From a virus, in IMG/VR virus record IMGVR_UViG_3300025237_000001, positions 1 to 64,000 of that record: a stretch of 64,000 nucleotides of DNA; one strand, given 5' to 3'. Position numbers and translations under genes: made by a program. Positions 26,806-36,510 of this stretch are shown here, piece after piece (the stretch's first letter is position 1; the number at the start of each line of letters is the position of its first letter). The notes beneath the pieces were generated by a model that was not told the DNA's origin, ran no database searches, and saw only the letters and a program-made list of their open reading frames with translations.

Positions 26806-28146
26806 ATGGGTTCTCCTGTTTCTGGTGGAGAAGAATTTGGTGGTGAAGAAGACTTTGGTGGCGGTGAAGTAGAAGACTTTGGCGGTGGTGAAGCTTCAAG
26901 TGAAAAACCATTTGATGAAGAACCATTTGACGCTGGTGTAGAAGCTAGTGAAGATGATAGCCCAGAAAAATACATACAACAAATATCAGGTAAGTTAGGT
27001 CAAAGCCTAAGAAAATATACTGACGAAATGGGGCAACCAGATTTCGACTTAGAAAAGTTTGCAATCAATTCTGTATTATCCGCAACCAACTCTGGTAAAA
27101 TGGATAGTGGAGACCAATCCGATATAATTCAAAAAGTTAAATCGTCATCTACTGATGGTAGTGGTGGTAATGGTGTAGACCATAATGACGGAGCTAATGA
27201 CGGAGCTGATGACGGAGCTGAAGATTTAGATACATCTGATGAAGGTGGTTTGGATTTAAGTAATATCGACATGGAAGAAAGTGTTAACCCTAGTGGTTGT
27301 TTTCCTCAACCAATTGTTGATAGACAAATAGAGAATATTAAAAAAGAAAGTGTAATAACTAAAGAACCTGTATCTAAAGAATTTGTAGGTAAAAAAGTTA
27401 GTGTAGATTTTAGAAAAGAAATTGGAATTGTTAAGGATTATGACGATAAAGAAGTTGTTATCCATTTCCCAGATTTAGGATTTACTGAAAAAATTAATTA
27501 TAAAATGGTTGAAGTATTATTTCAGGAAGATGGTCAAGTTGACGAAGCTTTCAACCCTAACCCAAATGGTAAGACTGTGTTTCAAGATGCCGCTTTAGGT
27601 GTTAAGGAAGATGGTATGGAAGAGAATAAATATTTAAACTTGGAAAGCACTAAGAAAAGTAGTATAATTGCAACTAAACTAAGAAATATGTTACAGGAAA
27701 AAGAAATCATTACTATTGGTGGGCAAGTTTATGACCCTAAAACAAAACCACAAGTACAGCCACAAGTAAAACCTGAAAGAAAAACTAGAAGAGGTAAACC
27801 TTATAGGATTATCCCTGAGCAATTACCTGACCCAAAGCCAAAAGCTGAAAAAAAAAATGATAGCGTAAGTTTTATTAAAGATTCTGGGTTTGCACGAGAT
27901 GGTAATTCAGTAACAATCAAATTTGACATTAATGGTGAAAGGTTTGTATCTAATTTTGTGAATACTGGTGAGTTATTAGTGAAACCAGAAGCTTATGATG
28001 AGTCATGGGTTTATGCATTTGAATCAGAGGTTTTATCAAACGGTAAATCATATAGTGTAGCCGTAGCATTTTTCGGTCACCCAGATACTAATCTTGAGGT
28101 AGAAGAATATGCTGATGGTTCAGTACCAGATATAGAAGAAGTATAA
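26806..28146 (+). CDS. head-region acidic protein (C-terminal part of a putative frameshift fusion)
   Basis: The ORF starts inside a low-complexity G/E/F region; the conserved-looking block KPFDEEPFDAGVEA.E..PEKYIQQ..GKLGQ.LR follows. Confidence 0.7.
   Translation: MGSPVSGGEEFGGEEDFGGGEVEDFGGGEASSEKPFDEEPFDAGVEASEDDSPEKYIQQISGKLGQSLRKYTDEMGQPDFDLEKFAINSVLSATNSGKMDSGDQSDIIQKVKSSSTDGSGGNGVDHNDGANDGADDGAEDLDTSDEGGLDLSNIDMEESVNPSGCFPQPIVDRQIENIKKESVITKEPVSKEFVGKKVSVDFRKEIGIVKDYDDKEVVIHFPDLGFTEKINYKMVEVLFQEDGQVDEAFNPNPNGKTVFQDAALGVKEDGMEENKYLNLESTKKSSIIATKLRNMLQEKEIITIGGQVYDPKTKPQVQPQVKPERKTRRGKPYRIIPEQLPDPKPKAEKKNDSVSFIKDSGFARDGNSVTIKFDINGERFVSNFVNTGELLVKPEAYDESWVYAFESEVLSNGKSYSVAVAFFGHPDTNLEVEEYADGSVPDIEEV
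27184..27219 (+). repeat. 12-bp coding tandem repeat x3
   Basis: (a/g)ATGACGGAGCT units encoding NDGA/NDGA/DDGA. Confidence 0.7.
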
Positions 28147-28550
28147 TGGAGTTATATTTAATATACATACACGAGATAGGATTTGACATTGAAGATAAAT
28201 ATTTTTATGAATTTGTTTTCAGTGATAGCATAGATAATATTGAGGGTGAGCATTGGGATTCTTACCCAGCTTCAGGGAACCCAGAAAAGCCTAATTCCGA
28301 TGTCATAAAAGATATTGGTAAAATTGAGATTGATGGTAATTTATTAGTTGCTCAAGATAATGAACAATTTTCAATGTGGGACGCTATTGATGGTGTGATT
28401 CCGTTGGGTTGGGAAAATATAGATGGGTTGGAAGATTACCCAGAAAATAGATTAACATTCCACTTTGGAATGACCTCAACTGAGGTTAGTGATAAATTAT
28501 ATGAAAGGGATATAAGAATAAAATATAAAAACGAATTTAAAGAAAAATAA
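28146..28550 (+). CDS. conserved hypothetical protein
   Basis: TAATG coupling; acidic, YEF.FS...W...PA motif. Confidence 0.65.
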   Translation: MELYLIYIHEIGFDIEDKYFYEFVFSDSIDNIEGEHWDSYPASGNPEKPNSDVIKDIGKIEIDGNLLVAQDNEQFSMWDAIDGVIPLGWENIDGLEDYPENRLTFHFGMTSTEVSDKLYERDIRIKYKNEFKEK

Positions 28551-28551
28551 T

Positions 28552-29016
28552 ATGAACAGTGAAAATTATAGAATTGTATTAAGCAATGCGTATAAGAATA
28601 GAGAGTTAACTCCTGAAGACTTTGATAATACATTAAATCATTACACAATGTTAGTTAAAAAAGAAGGTGGTATAACTGAAGAAGATACTGGAACGGAATA
28701 CGGTGTTGAGAGTGATGAATTTGATAAGGTGATGCCTGTTGTGGGACCACGTTTAGAAGATGGTGACACAGTAAACATCTCTGCAAATGAATCTACTATA
28801 AAGGAAGATGATGAAGATACTTCCGAAGTTGATTCATTATATTCTGGTGCCGATGATAGAGGTGTTGAATACGGGATGAAGAATGAGGATTTTGATAAGT
28901 TAATGGAAGAACTTAAAGAAAGTGGAGGTCCGAGTATTAAAGTTAATGAAAATAGAACTATTAATGCTAAAATCAAGAAAGGTGATTTAATAAATTATAT
29001 TAAAAACAAAAAATAA
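28552..29016 (+). CDS. acidic head-region protein
   Basis: Internal duplication EYG..S/N.EFDK.M; ITE and VNE motifs. Confidence 0.6.
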   Translation: MNSENYRIVLSNAYKNRELTPEDFDNTLNHYTMLVKKEGGITEEDTGTEYGVESDEFDKVMPVVGPRLEDGDTVNISANESTIKEDDEDTSEVDSLYSGADDRGVEYGMKNEDFDKLMEELKESGGPSIKVNENRTINAKIKKGDLINYIKNKK

Positions 29017-30245
29017 TGTCAAACAAATACAAATTTTTAGCAATAAAAGCTCTAGGTAAACCTAAGAAAAAGGGTAAGATAGTAGCTGAAAGTAGGGTAT
29101 CTTATGATAAGAATCATTCTGAAAGATTGGCTCCGCATTTAGCTAAACAACTTAGAGAAAAAACACATTCATTAGGTAAGCATCCAGCTTTTCCTGATGC
29201 TGATGAGAGTAACTTCGAAGAGAAGTTAATTTCTAAGCGGTTTAAAGACGTTTTAAAGACGTTTAAGCGTCATCATGGACTAGAACAGATAGATGTAGAT
29301 GTTTTCCTTGGAGAACAACGTCAATTACTATTTCAAATAATGACATTAGAAAAGAAACATCAAGATGTTTTAATCGAGATGGCTATTCAAATGGTTAGAG
29401 ATGAATTTGATGTACAAGAAGATGATATTGATATTGAAGCTAAGTTTACTACTGATTTGACAATCAACAAAAATATTGACCAAATACGAATCAAGCCAAC
29501 ATCTGACATTGAGTTCGATAGTCACATTGAATTTGTTGAAGCGAACAAAGAAGTTTATAAGCGTAGAATGATTAACGCTTTAATTCAAGGTTCAGCTAAG
29601 AAAACTAATCATATGTTCCATGTTATTGACGAGGAACTTCAAGATTTAGAACCTGTATTACCTTCCGCTTATGGTAAGTTAATGTCTGGTGCTGATTATA
29701 TGTATATGGTTAAAGATGATAGAGAACCAAGAGTTATTGGTGGAATTGTTAGTGTTGAATTTCCAAAATCTGAGAATGATATTCCAAAGATTATGGTTGA
29801 GGGAATGACATTACCTGTAGTGATACATGAATTAGTTAAAGGTGTTATGGAAATCCTTTCATATCATGGTTTACCTAAAGATAGTAAAGTTGCTCAATTC
29901 GTAATAGATAAAGCTGATTTTATGGCGGCTGAAAGTTGGGACATGAGATTAGGACCACCTATCTGGGAAAAGTTCTGTGAAGCTATTCCATCTGAAGATT
30001 TTGCCTTGAAACACCACGTATATGTGGAGTTAGTGTCATTACCTGTTGATGAATTCAACGAAACTCTACGAGAAATCCTTCTGGGAAGTAGAGCTGGTAA
30101 GGCTAAAGTAGCTGGAATGATTGATAAAGTTAAAGATGAGTTAAGAAATGATGAATTCGATGACATTATGGATAAGATAACTGATGATGATTATTTAGGT
30201 CCTGAGGATTTAGATAATTTAGATGATGAAGATTGGTTTATGTAA
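29016..30245 (+). CDS. conserved hypothetical protein upstream of terminase
   Basis: 409 aa; KRR.INALIQG..KK, HELVKGVME, E.WD.RLGP motifs. Confidence 0.7.
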   Translation: MSNKYKFLAIKALGKPKKKGKIVAESRVSYDKNHSERLAPHLAKQLREKTHSLGKHPAFPDADESNFEEKLISKRFKDVLKTFKRHHGLEQIDVDVFLGEQRQLLFQIMTLEKKHQDVLIEMAIQMVRDEFDVQEDDIDIEAKFTTDLTINKNIDQIRIKPTSDIEFDSHIEFVEANKEVYKRRMINALIQGSAKKTNHMFHVIDEELQDLEPVLPSAYGKLMSGADYMYMVKDDREPRVIGGIVSVEFPKSENDIPKIMVEGMTLPVVIHELVKGVMEILSYHGLPKDSKVAQFVIDKADFMAAESWDMRLGPPIWEKFCEAIPSEDFALKHHVYVELVSLPVDEFNETLREILLGSRAGKAKVAGMIDKVKDELRNDEFDDIMDKITDDDYLGPEDLDNLDDEDWFM

Positions 30246-30266
30246 ACCCACATTATATTAATAAAT

Positions 30267-30294
30267 AAGGCTGTCGTAAATGACAGCCTTTTTT
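30267..30294 (+). terminator. rho-independent terminator
   Basis: AAGGCTGTC-gtaaat-GACAGCCTT plus T-run. Confidence 0.75.
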
Positions 30295-30343
30295 GTTTTT
30301 AAGGCTTAATCGGCACTTTTTACATATTTATATATAAAAAAGT

Positions 30344-32209
30344 ATGCTTACAGCTCATGAAATATTAGAGGAATATACTAAATGTCTAATGGACCCTTGT
30401 TACGCCATTACAGAATATTTACAAACGTTTGATAAAACCAAAGAAGGTTTTGTGCCGTTTAACCTATTCCCAAAACAAATAGAAATAGTACAAGCCTATC
30501 GAGACCATAGGTTTACAATGGTTACTAAACCAAGACAAGCTGGTGTATCTACAACAACTGCCGCTTATGCTGCAATTAAAGTGTTATTTGCTGACCCGAA
30601 TAACCCAGAAGCGATTCTAATTCTTGCAAACAAGCAAGATATGGCATTTGAATTCCTAGACAAGATTAAAGATTTTATTACTCAATTCCCAAGATGGGTA
30701 TGGGGTTCTGAATATTATGGAACACCAGAAAAAGAATCCAAAAGTATTTATTCAACCGAATCTAAGAAAGAACTTAAATTACCTAATGGTAGTAGAGTTA
30801 GAGCGGTTGCAACATCTAAAGATGCATTAAGGGGTTTCACACCTACTTGGCTTATTATGGATGAAGCAGCGTTTATTGATAATGGAGCTACCGTATTTGG
30901 TACTGCATTAACAGCGTTAGGTACGGGTGGTAGAGCATCTCTAGTTTCTACACCAAATGGTATGGATGAATTATACTACAAAACTTACGAACAAGCAAAA
31001 AGTGGTGATAATGATTTCTTTGTTGTTGAAATGAAATGGTATCAAGACCCTAGATATATTACAAATCAAGGTTCGTCAAAAACTCCAAAAGAACAAGATT
31101 TAATGTGGGTTCATGAAGAAGATGAAAATGATATTGTATATGAAGTTAGATACGCTCACGAAGGTGATAGTAAAGAATCTACAGACGCTATCCATGAACA
31201 TTACGAATCAATGATTCAAAAGGGTTATACACCTAGTTCAAGTTGGTACAGAAATATGTGTCGTGGTATGAACAACAATAAACGTATGATTGCTCAAGAG
31301 TTAGATGTATCATTCATCGGTTCTGGGGGTAACGTTATTGATGACAAATACATTATACAACAAGAAAAAAAGAACGTTCAGGAGCCTAAATGGATTGCTG
31401 GTGACGATAAAGATGAATGGATGTGGGAGAAACCTATTGAAGGGCATCAATATATACTTGCGAGTGACGTTGCCAGAGGTGACGGTGAAGATTCATCTAC
31501 CATCGTAGTTATCGATTTTACTACCATGACTCAAGTTATGGAATACAAGGGTAAATTACAATCTGATTTATTAGGATATGTTGTTGATAAGTACGCTAGA
31601 ATATACGATGCGCTTGTAGTAGTTGATATTACTGGGGGTATTGGTGTTGGAACTATTAACAAACTTATGGAATTAGGGACACCAAATTTATATCATGGTG
31701 AAACAACTAACAAACCTCTAGATAAATTAACGCACAAGATAACTTATTACACAAATGAAGGTAAATATCCAGGTTTCAATTGTGCTTCAGGTGTAAGAGC
31801 ACCAGTAGTTGCGCATATGGAAATGATGGTTAGAACAATGGGAATTACAATTCGTTCACGTAGAATGACTTCTGAAATGAAAACATTTGTATTTAAAAAT
31901 GGTAGACCTGACCATATGGATGGTTATCATGATGATTTACTAATGGCATTAGCATACGGATTATGGGTAGCTGAACATTCATTTAAGAAATTAAAAAACG
32001 CTAAAGAAAAAACGAAGGCTATGCTATCAGGTTGGTTGATGACCAATGCTGGTGATAGAACTCCTACTGAATATCAAGGGGATAACTTTGTTTCTAGAAA
32101 AGGAAGAAATAAAGAGTCTATTAAACGACCTAAATTCAGTTCACAAGTATCTAAGAACATGCAAGACCCAACAGGGAAATACATGTGGCTATTTAGTGGA
32201 ACCAAATAA
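30344..32209 (+). CDS. terminase large subunit (T4 gp17-like)
   Basis: Deviant Walker A KPRQAGVST, Walker B LIMDEAAF, STPNG coupling motif, nuclease DVARGDG.D and HDDL.MA. Confidence 0.93.
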   Translation: MLTAHEILEEYTKCLMDPCYAITEYLQTFDKTKEGFVPFNLFPKQIEIVQAYRDHRFTMVTKPRQAGVSTTTAAYAAIKVLFADPNNPEAILILANKQDMAFEFLDKIKDFITQFPRWVWGSEYYGTPEKESKSIYSTESKKELKLPNGSRVRAVATSKDALRGFTPTWLIMDEAAFIDNGATVFGTALTALGTGGRASLVSTPNGMDELYYKTYEQAKSGDNDFFVVEMKWYQDPRYITNQGSSKTPKEQDLMWVHEEDENDIVYEVRYAHEGDSKESTDAIHEHYESMIQKGYTPSSSWYRNMCRGMNNNKRMIAQELDVSFIGSGGNVIDDKYIIQQEKKNVQEPKWIAGDDKDEWMWEKPIEGHQYILASDVARGDGEDSSTIVVIDFTTMTQVMEYKGKLQSDLLGYVVDKYARIYDALVVVDITGGIGVGTINKLMELGTPNLYHGETTNKPLDKLTHKITYYTNEGKYPGFNCASGVRAPVVAHMEMMVRTMGITIRSRRMTSEMKTFVFKNGRPDHMDGYHDDLLMALAYGLWVAEHSFKKLKNAKEKTKAMLSGWLMTNAGDRTPTEYQGDNFVSRKGRNKESIKRPKFSSQVSKNMQDPTGKYMWLFSGTK

Positions 32210-32267
32210 AAAATAAACACTATTGATTAATTTCAAATATTTAGTATAATATAGTAAAGAAAAAATA

Positions 32268-34277
32268 ATGGCAAACAAAAATTTAACAGTATTTCAAAAA
32301 TTAGGAAATGTCTTCGGTAAAGATGGGTTAAACCCACATGTAAAAAAGACCAACAGATATAATCTAGGTAATGGTGAAATCATTAAAACGCAAGATAAAG
32401 AAGAATTTGCTGCGGCAAAGTTACAAGCGCAACAAAACAAATACCTATCAAATTTATGGAGTAAAGTTGATGGAGAATTATATCAACAAGCAATTCATTA
32501 TGAAACAACTAGAATTGGTTCATATTCGGATTTTGAAACAATGGAATTTTATCCTGAAATATCTGCAACGTTGGATATATTCATGGAAGAATCCACGACT
32601 CCAAACGATAAGGGTGATATTATAAACGTTTACTCTGGTAGTAAGCGTGTAAAAAGAATACTTGAAGATTTATTTATAAATAGATTGGATATTCACACCT
32701 CACTACCAATGTGGACTAGAAACCTTTGTAAGTACGGGGATAACTTCGTGCAATTAAACATTGACCAAACTGCTGGTATTATTGGGGCAAGGCAATTACC
32801 TAACTTCGAAATAGAACGTAGAGAAAATGACATTCAAGGTGTTATCTCTCAATCTCAATTAGAAGGTGTAAATGCTGATGAAAAGAAAAACAAAACAAAA
32901 TTCTTTTGGAAGGGTAGGGATATTACTTTCAACTCGTGGCAAATTGCTCACTTTAGATTACTTGGTGATGATAGAAAATTACCTTACGGTACTTCATTCT
33001 TAGAAAAAGCTAGACGTATTTGGAAACAATTAATCTTAGCTGAAGATGCGATGTTGGTGTATCGTGTAACGAGAGCACCTGAAAGAAGGGTTTACAAAAT
33101 ATTCGTTGGTAACATTGATAACGAAGATGTTGGTGCTTACGTAGATGAAATTGCTAATAGATTTAAACGTGCCCCATTAATTGACCCACAAACTGGTCAA
33201 ATGGATTTAAGATATAACCAATTGGGTATTGACCAAGATATTTTCGTTCCAACTAGGAGTGAAGATGCGGCAACACCTATTGATACACTTCCAGGTGCTC
33301 AAAACTTGGACCAAATTGCAGATATTGAATACTTACAAAGAAAGTTATTTACTGCACTTAGGGTTCCTAAGACTTTCTTAGGATTTGAAGAGCCAACTGG
33401 TGAGGGTAAAAACCTTGCATTACAAGACATTAGGTTCTCAAGAACTATTAATAGAATACAACAAGCTGTTTTACATGAATTAAACAAAGTTGCGATTATT
33501 CATTTATACCTTTTAGGTTTCCATGATGACATCGATAACTTTACACTTACACTTAACAATCCCTCAACACAAGCAGAGATGCTTAAGATTGAACATACAG
33601 CCGCTAAAGTAACACTTTATAAAGATGCGGTTTCTGATGCTGGTAACGGATTTGGTGCTATGTCAATGACTAGAGCTAAAAGAGAAATCTTAGGTTGGAG
33701 TGATGATGAAATCAAGCAAGATATGCTTGAACAAAGAATTGAGAAAGCTGCGGCTGCTGAATTAGAGAATACTCAAAACGTAATTAAAAATACGGGAGTG
33801 TTTGACCAAGTGGATAGGGTGTATGGAGATATGGACCTTGCGAAAATCGGTGGAGTTGTTGATGAAGAAGGTGGTGACGGTGCCCCATCTGAAGGTGGTG
33901 GTGGCGGTGGAGGCTTCGGTGGAGGTTTTGACGCACCAGATTTAGAGTTAGGTGATGAAGATTTAGACGCTGAAGATGAAGATTTAGGTGGTGATTTAGG
34001 AGATGATGATTTAGGTGGTGATTTAGGAGATGAAGGTTTTGGTGATGAACCAACTACGGATGAATCTAGAAACAAATCTGGTAAACTACTTAAAGAAAAC
34101 ATGAGACAGAAACCTAGTGATATATCAACTAAAAAATACCTTAACATGTTAGACAATAGCATTAAAAAAGAAGATATTATTAACGATAGTGTTACTAAGA
34201 TTTACGATAAATCAGTTAAGTTTAATGATGAATTAAATGATATGATTAGTGAAATCGATAATAAGTTAGGAGAATAA
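32268..34277 (+). CDS. portal protein (T4 gp20-like) with long acidic C-terminal tail
   Basis: YR..RAPERR.YKI.VGN, EDxxPT, TLPG.QNL..I.DI.Y.Q.KL..AL.VP. Confidence 0.93.
   Translation: MANKNLTVFQKLGNVFGKDGLNPHVKKTNRYNLGNGEIIKTQDKEEFAAAKLQAQQNKYLSNLWSKVDGELYQQAIHYETTRIGSYSDFETMEFYPEISATLDIFMEESTTPNDKGDIINVYSGSKRVKRILEDLFINRLDIHTSLPMWTRNLCKYGDNFVQLNIDQTAGIIGARQLPNFEIERRENDIQGVISQSQLEGVNADEKKNKTKFFWKGRDITFNSWQIAHFRLLGDDRKLPYGTSFLEKARRIWKQLILAEDAMLVYRVTRAPERRVYKIFVGNIDNEDVGAYVDEIANRFKRAPLIDPQTGQMDLRYNQLGIDQDIFVPTRSEDAATPIDTLPGAQNLDQIADIEYLQRKLFTALRVPKTFLGFEEPTGEGKNLALQDIRFSRTINRIQQAVLHELNKVAIIHLYLLGFHDDIDNFTLTLNNPSTQAEMLKIEHTAAKVTLYKDAVSDAGNGFGAMSMTRAKREILGWSDDEIKQDMLEQRIEKAAAAELENTQNVIKNTGVFDQVDRVYGDMDLAKIGGVVDEEGGDGAPSEGGGGGGGFGGGFDAPDLELGDEDLDAEDEDLGGDLGDDDLGGDLGDEGFGDEPTTDESRNKSGKLLKENMRQKPSDISTKKYLNMLDNSIKKEDIINDSVTKIYDKSVKFNDELNDMISEIDNKLGE
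33981..34034 (+). repeat. 27-bp tandem duplication in the portal tail
   Basis: GATTTAGGTGGTGATTTAGGAGATGA(T/A) x2. Confidence 0.8.
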
Positions 34278-34321
34278 GGGTTTTTAATGAAACCTGAAAC
34301 ATATTTATTAAAAAAAGAACA

Positions 34322-35101
34322 ATGCAAAATTTTGGACAGATAAACGAAACCTTTAAAAATATTTTAGTAGATAGTATCATTACTAAAGACGAAAAAGGTA
34401 AAAAGGTATTTAAGAGTTATGTTAAAGCTCTTAAAGAGAATTCTACTTTAAGAACTCAATACGATATATTTAGTAAATTAGAAAATAAAGTTAACGAAGA
34501 AAATGAAGGTGAACGTAATGAAATGTTCATTACAGAATGCATTTCATTATTAGAAAATGTTGGTAGCGATACAGTAGATAAGGTTAACAATAAATTAGTT
34601 AAACACTTAACCAAAAACGGGTATGAGTTATACGCTGGTGACTATGAGTTAAAATCATTACACGAGCATATTACCAATGCCGCATACTTGGAAAGAAATA
34701 CTAAAAACGTTAACACTGTTATTGAATCTAAATTATTTCTTAAAAATTATTCAAAAGTACTTGTTGAATCTGAAGATATTGAAGTTGAACCTTATTCTAA
34801 TAAAATGTTAATTCCTTTATTAGAAAGAAAATTCAATGACAAATACGCAAACATCTCTGAACTTGAAAAGAAAGTGATTAGATTAAGTATTAATAGCACT
34901 GATGAGGCGAAAGAAGAATTATACAACGGCACGATTCGTGAATGCATAGATTTAGTAGATTCTCAGTTAACTGAGTGTACTATTGAGCAAAAGAATACTC
35001 TATTGCAAGTAAAAGATAAATTATTAAGAAGTAAATTCAGCACAGATGGTTTTACATCTGAAATGAGTAAAATTAGTTACCTAAAAACAACATTAAATTA
35101 A
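34322..35101 (+). CDS. conserved head-region protein downstream of portal
   Basis: 259 aa; TATTTAT at 34302-34308. Confidence 0.65.
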   Translation: MQNFGQINETFKNILVDSIITKDEKGKKVFKSYVKALKENSTLRTQYDIFSKLENKVNEENEGERNEMFITECISLLENVGSDTVDKVNNKLVKHLTKNGYELYAGDYELKSLHEHITNAAYLERNTKNVNTVIESKLFLKNYSKVLVESEDIEVEPYSNKMLIPLLERKFNDKYANISELEKKVIRLSINSTDEAKEELYNGTIRECIDLVDSQLTECTIEQKNTLLQVKDKLLRSKFSTDGFTSEMSKISYLKTTLN

Positions 35102-35102
35102 T

Positions 35103-35396
35103 ATGATGGCATTGTTACCTTTATCTCTTGAGTTAGTCGAATGGTTAATTCAACAAGCACCAGTGGTGGTTGTTATGGGAGCTGCAATATTCTGGTTAGC
35201 GAAGAAGTTAACCAAATCGGAAGAAGATAAGGATTCCTTGGCGAAAGATGTAATTAAGTTAACAACGCTTTGGGAAGAAAAGAGTGATAAGATTGAAGAA
35301 CGGAATGAGGAACAACGTATGAGGGATGATAAAGTGGATGATAAAATAATAGAATTACTTCATGATATTAAAATACTAGTTAGCAATAAAAGATGA
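35103..35396 (+). CDS. small membrane protein with coiled-coil tail (holin-like topology)
   Basis: One or two N-terminal hydrophobic segments followed by a charged helix. Confidence 0.45.
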   Translation: MMALLPLSLELVEWLIQQAPVVVVMGAAIFWLAKKLTKSEEDKDSLAKDVIKLTTLWEEKSDKIEERNEEQRMRDDKVDDKIIELLHDIKILVSNKR

Positions 35397-35893
35397 AAAA
35401 TTTAATGAACCTGTTTTTCCCAGAAAAAAATGATAACTATTCTAAAGCTAAGTCTGGGCTTAGTAACATCAAAAAGAAATTTGATGGTTTTGCACTTTCT
35501 TTTCCTGACATAACTCCAGATGAAATTATGTTTGTTAAAGAGAAATGGGAAACCCTACCAAAATCCATATCTAAAGGTGTTAAGATAATGGCACTTAAAT
35601 TTAGAGATGATTGTAAGTGTTTACTTACATCGTATGATTCAAACTCTTATATTAGACCACATAGACATACAGAAGAGTATGAACATGGTGTGATACTTAA
35701 AGGTCAACTTATTGACAAGTTTAGAAACATATCTTATAAAGTTGGTGATACATATGTAATCGAGCCAAATAAAATTCATTATTTATCTTCTAGTATTGAT
35801 GGATGTCTCGTATATTCTCAATTAAGTCAGAATAAAATACACGAGTTAGAACCACTTCCAAAAAATTTACTTTCAAAACTAGAAATGGTGTAA
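35393..35893 (+). CDS. cupin-domain protein
   Basis: PHRHTEEYEHGVILKG...GD..VI.PN.IH metal-binding cupin motifs. Confidence 0.8.
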   Translation: MKNLMNLFFPEKNDNYSKAKSGLSNIKKKFDGFALSFPDITPDEIMFVKEKWETLPKSISKGVKIMALKFRDDCKCLLTSYDSNSYIRPHRHTEEYEHGVILKGQLIDKFRNISYKVGDTYVIEPNKIHYLSSSIDGCLVYSQLSQNKIHELEPLPKNLLSKLEMV

Positions 35894-35952
35894 ATCCACT
35901 GTTTATAGGTGGTCAATTTATAAGAAACCTGGTTTTCAGGGTCATTAGAGGG

Positions 35953-35983
35953 GTTGACTAATTTTATATTTTACGTATATTTG
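35953..35983 (+). promoter_or_regulatory. Bacteroidota-type promoter
   Basis: GTTG at 35953-35956, 19 nt, TATATTTG at 35976-35983. Confidence 0.55.
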
Positions 35984-35987
35984 TAAT

Positions 35988-36455
35988 ATGAAATATAACA
36001 GAGGAACCGAATTAGAAATAGATATAAATGATAACTTAAACGTAGTTTTTGGGACAATAGATAAGCATACACCAAAGACTGTATACATAAGGATTAGTGG
36101 TTGGGGAAACCCAATAGACTATGACGATGAAAATGATTATAGTTCAATCATACGAAAATATGATAAGCGTATTAAGACTTACTTATACAAGAACTCAAAC
36201 TTAGATATACTAAATAATATTAGTATGGTTGATATGGATATGCGGGAGTCTGGTATAGCCCAAAACAAATCTAGTTTCATGTCATGTGAGATAACACTAT
36301 TTCAAAAGAATCTTCAGCTATTAACTGACGATTCTTTAAACAACGAACTAATAAAACTATCCAAACATATCTGCGATGAGATTATCAATCGAGATATTTA
36401 TTTCAATTTTTTTAAGAAAAAAACCAACGCTAAAAAAGAATTAACTGAAGCCTAA
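35988..36455 (+). CDS. conserved hypothetical protein
   Basis: GTIDK..PK.VYI....W...D.R.SGI...K.SFM..EITL pattern. Confidence 0.65.
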   Translation: MKYNRGTELEIDINDNLNVVFGTIDKHTPKTVYIRISGWGNPIDYDDENDYSSIIRKYDKRIKTYLYKNSNLDILNNISMVDMDMRESGIAQNKSSFMSCEITLFQKNLQLLTDDSLNNELIKLSKHICDEIINRDIYFNFFKKKTNAKKELTEA

Positions 36456-36476
36456 TCGTAATGATTAGGCTTTTTT
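36448..36476 (+). terminator. rho-independent terminator
   Basis: AAGCCTAATC-gtaat-GATTAGGCTT plus T-run. Confidence 0.75.
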
Positions 36477-36510
36477 GTGTTTATTCGCATATTTATTGAA
36501 AAAGGTATTT

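Noticed and set aside
26781-26810. Hairpin as the classical stimulator of the A10 frameshift
   Set aside because: It starts about 37 nt downstream, far beyond the usual 5-9 nt spacer; kept only as a possible occluder of ATG 26806
30344-32209. Intein or intron in terminase (extra segment after KWYQDPRY)
   Set aside because: The insert is short and lacks C/S-start and HN-end splice motifs or a homing-endonuclease signature
35895-35960. Possible small structured RNA after the cupin gene
   Set aside because: Only short 4-7 bp stems, overlapping the next promoter; no recognisable family
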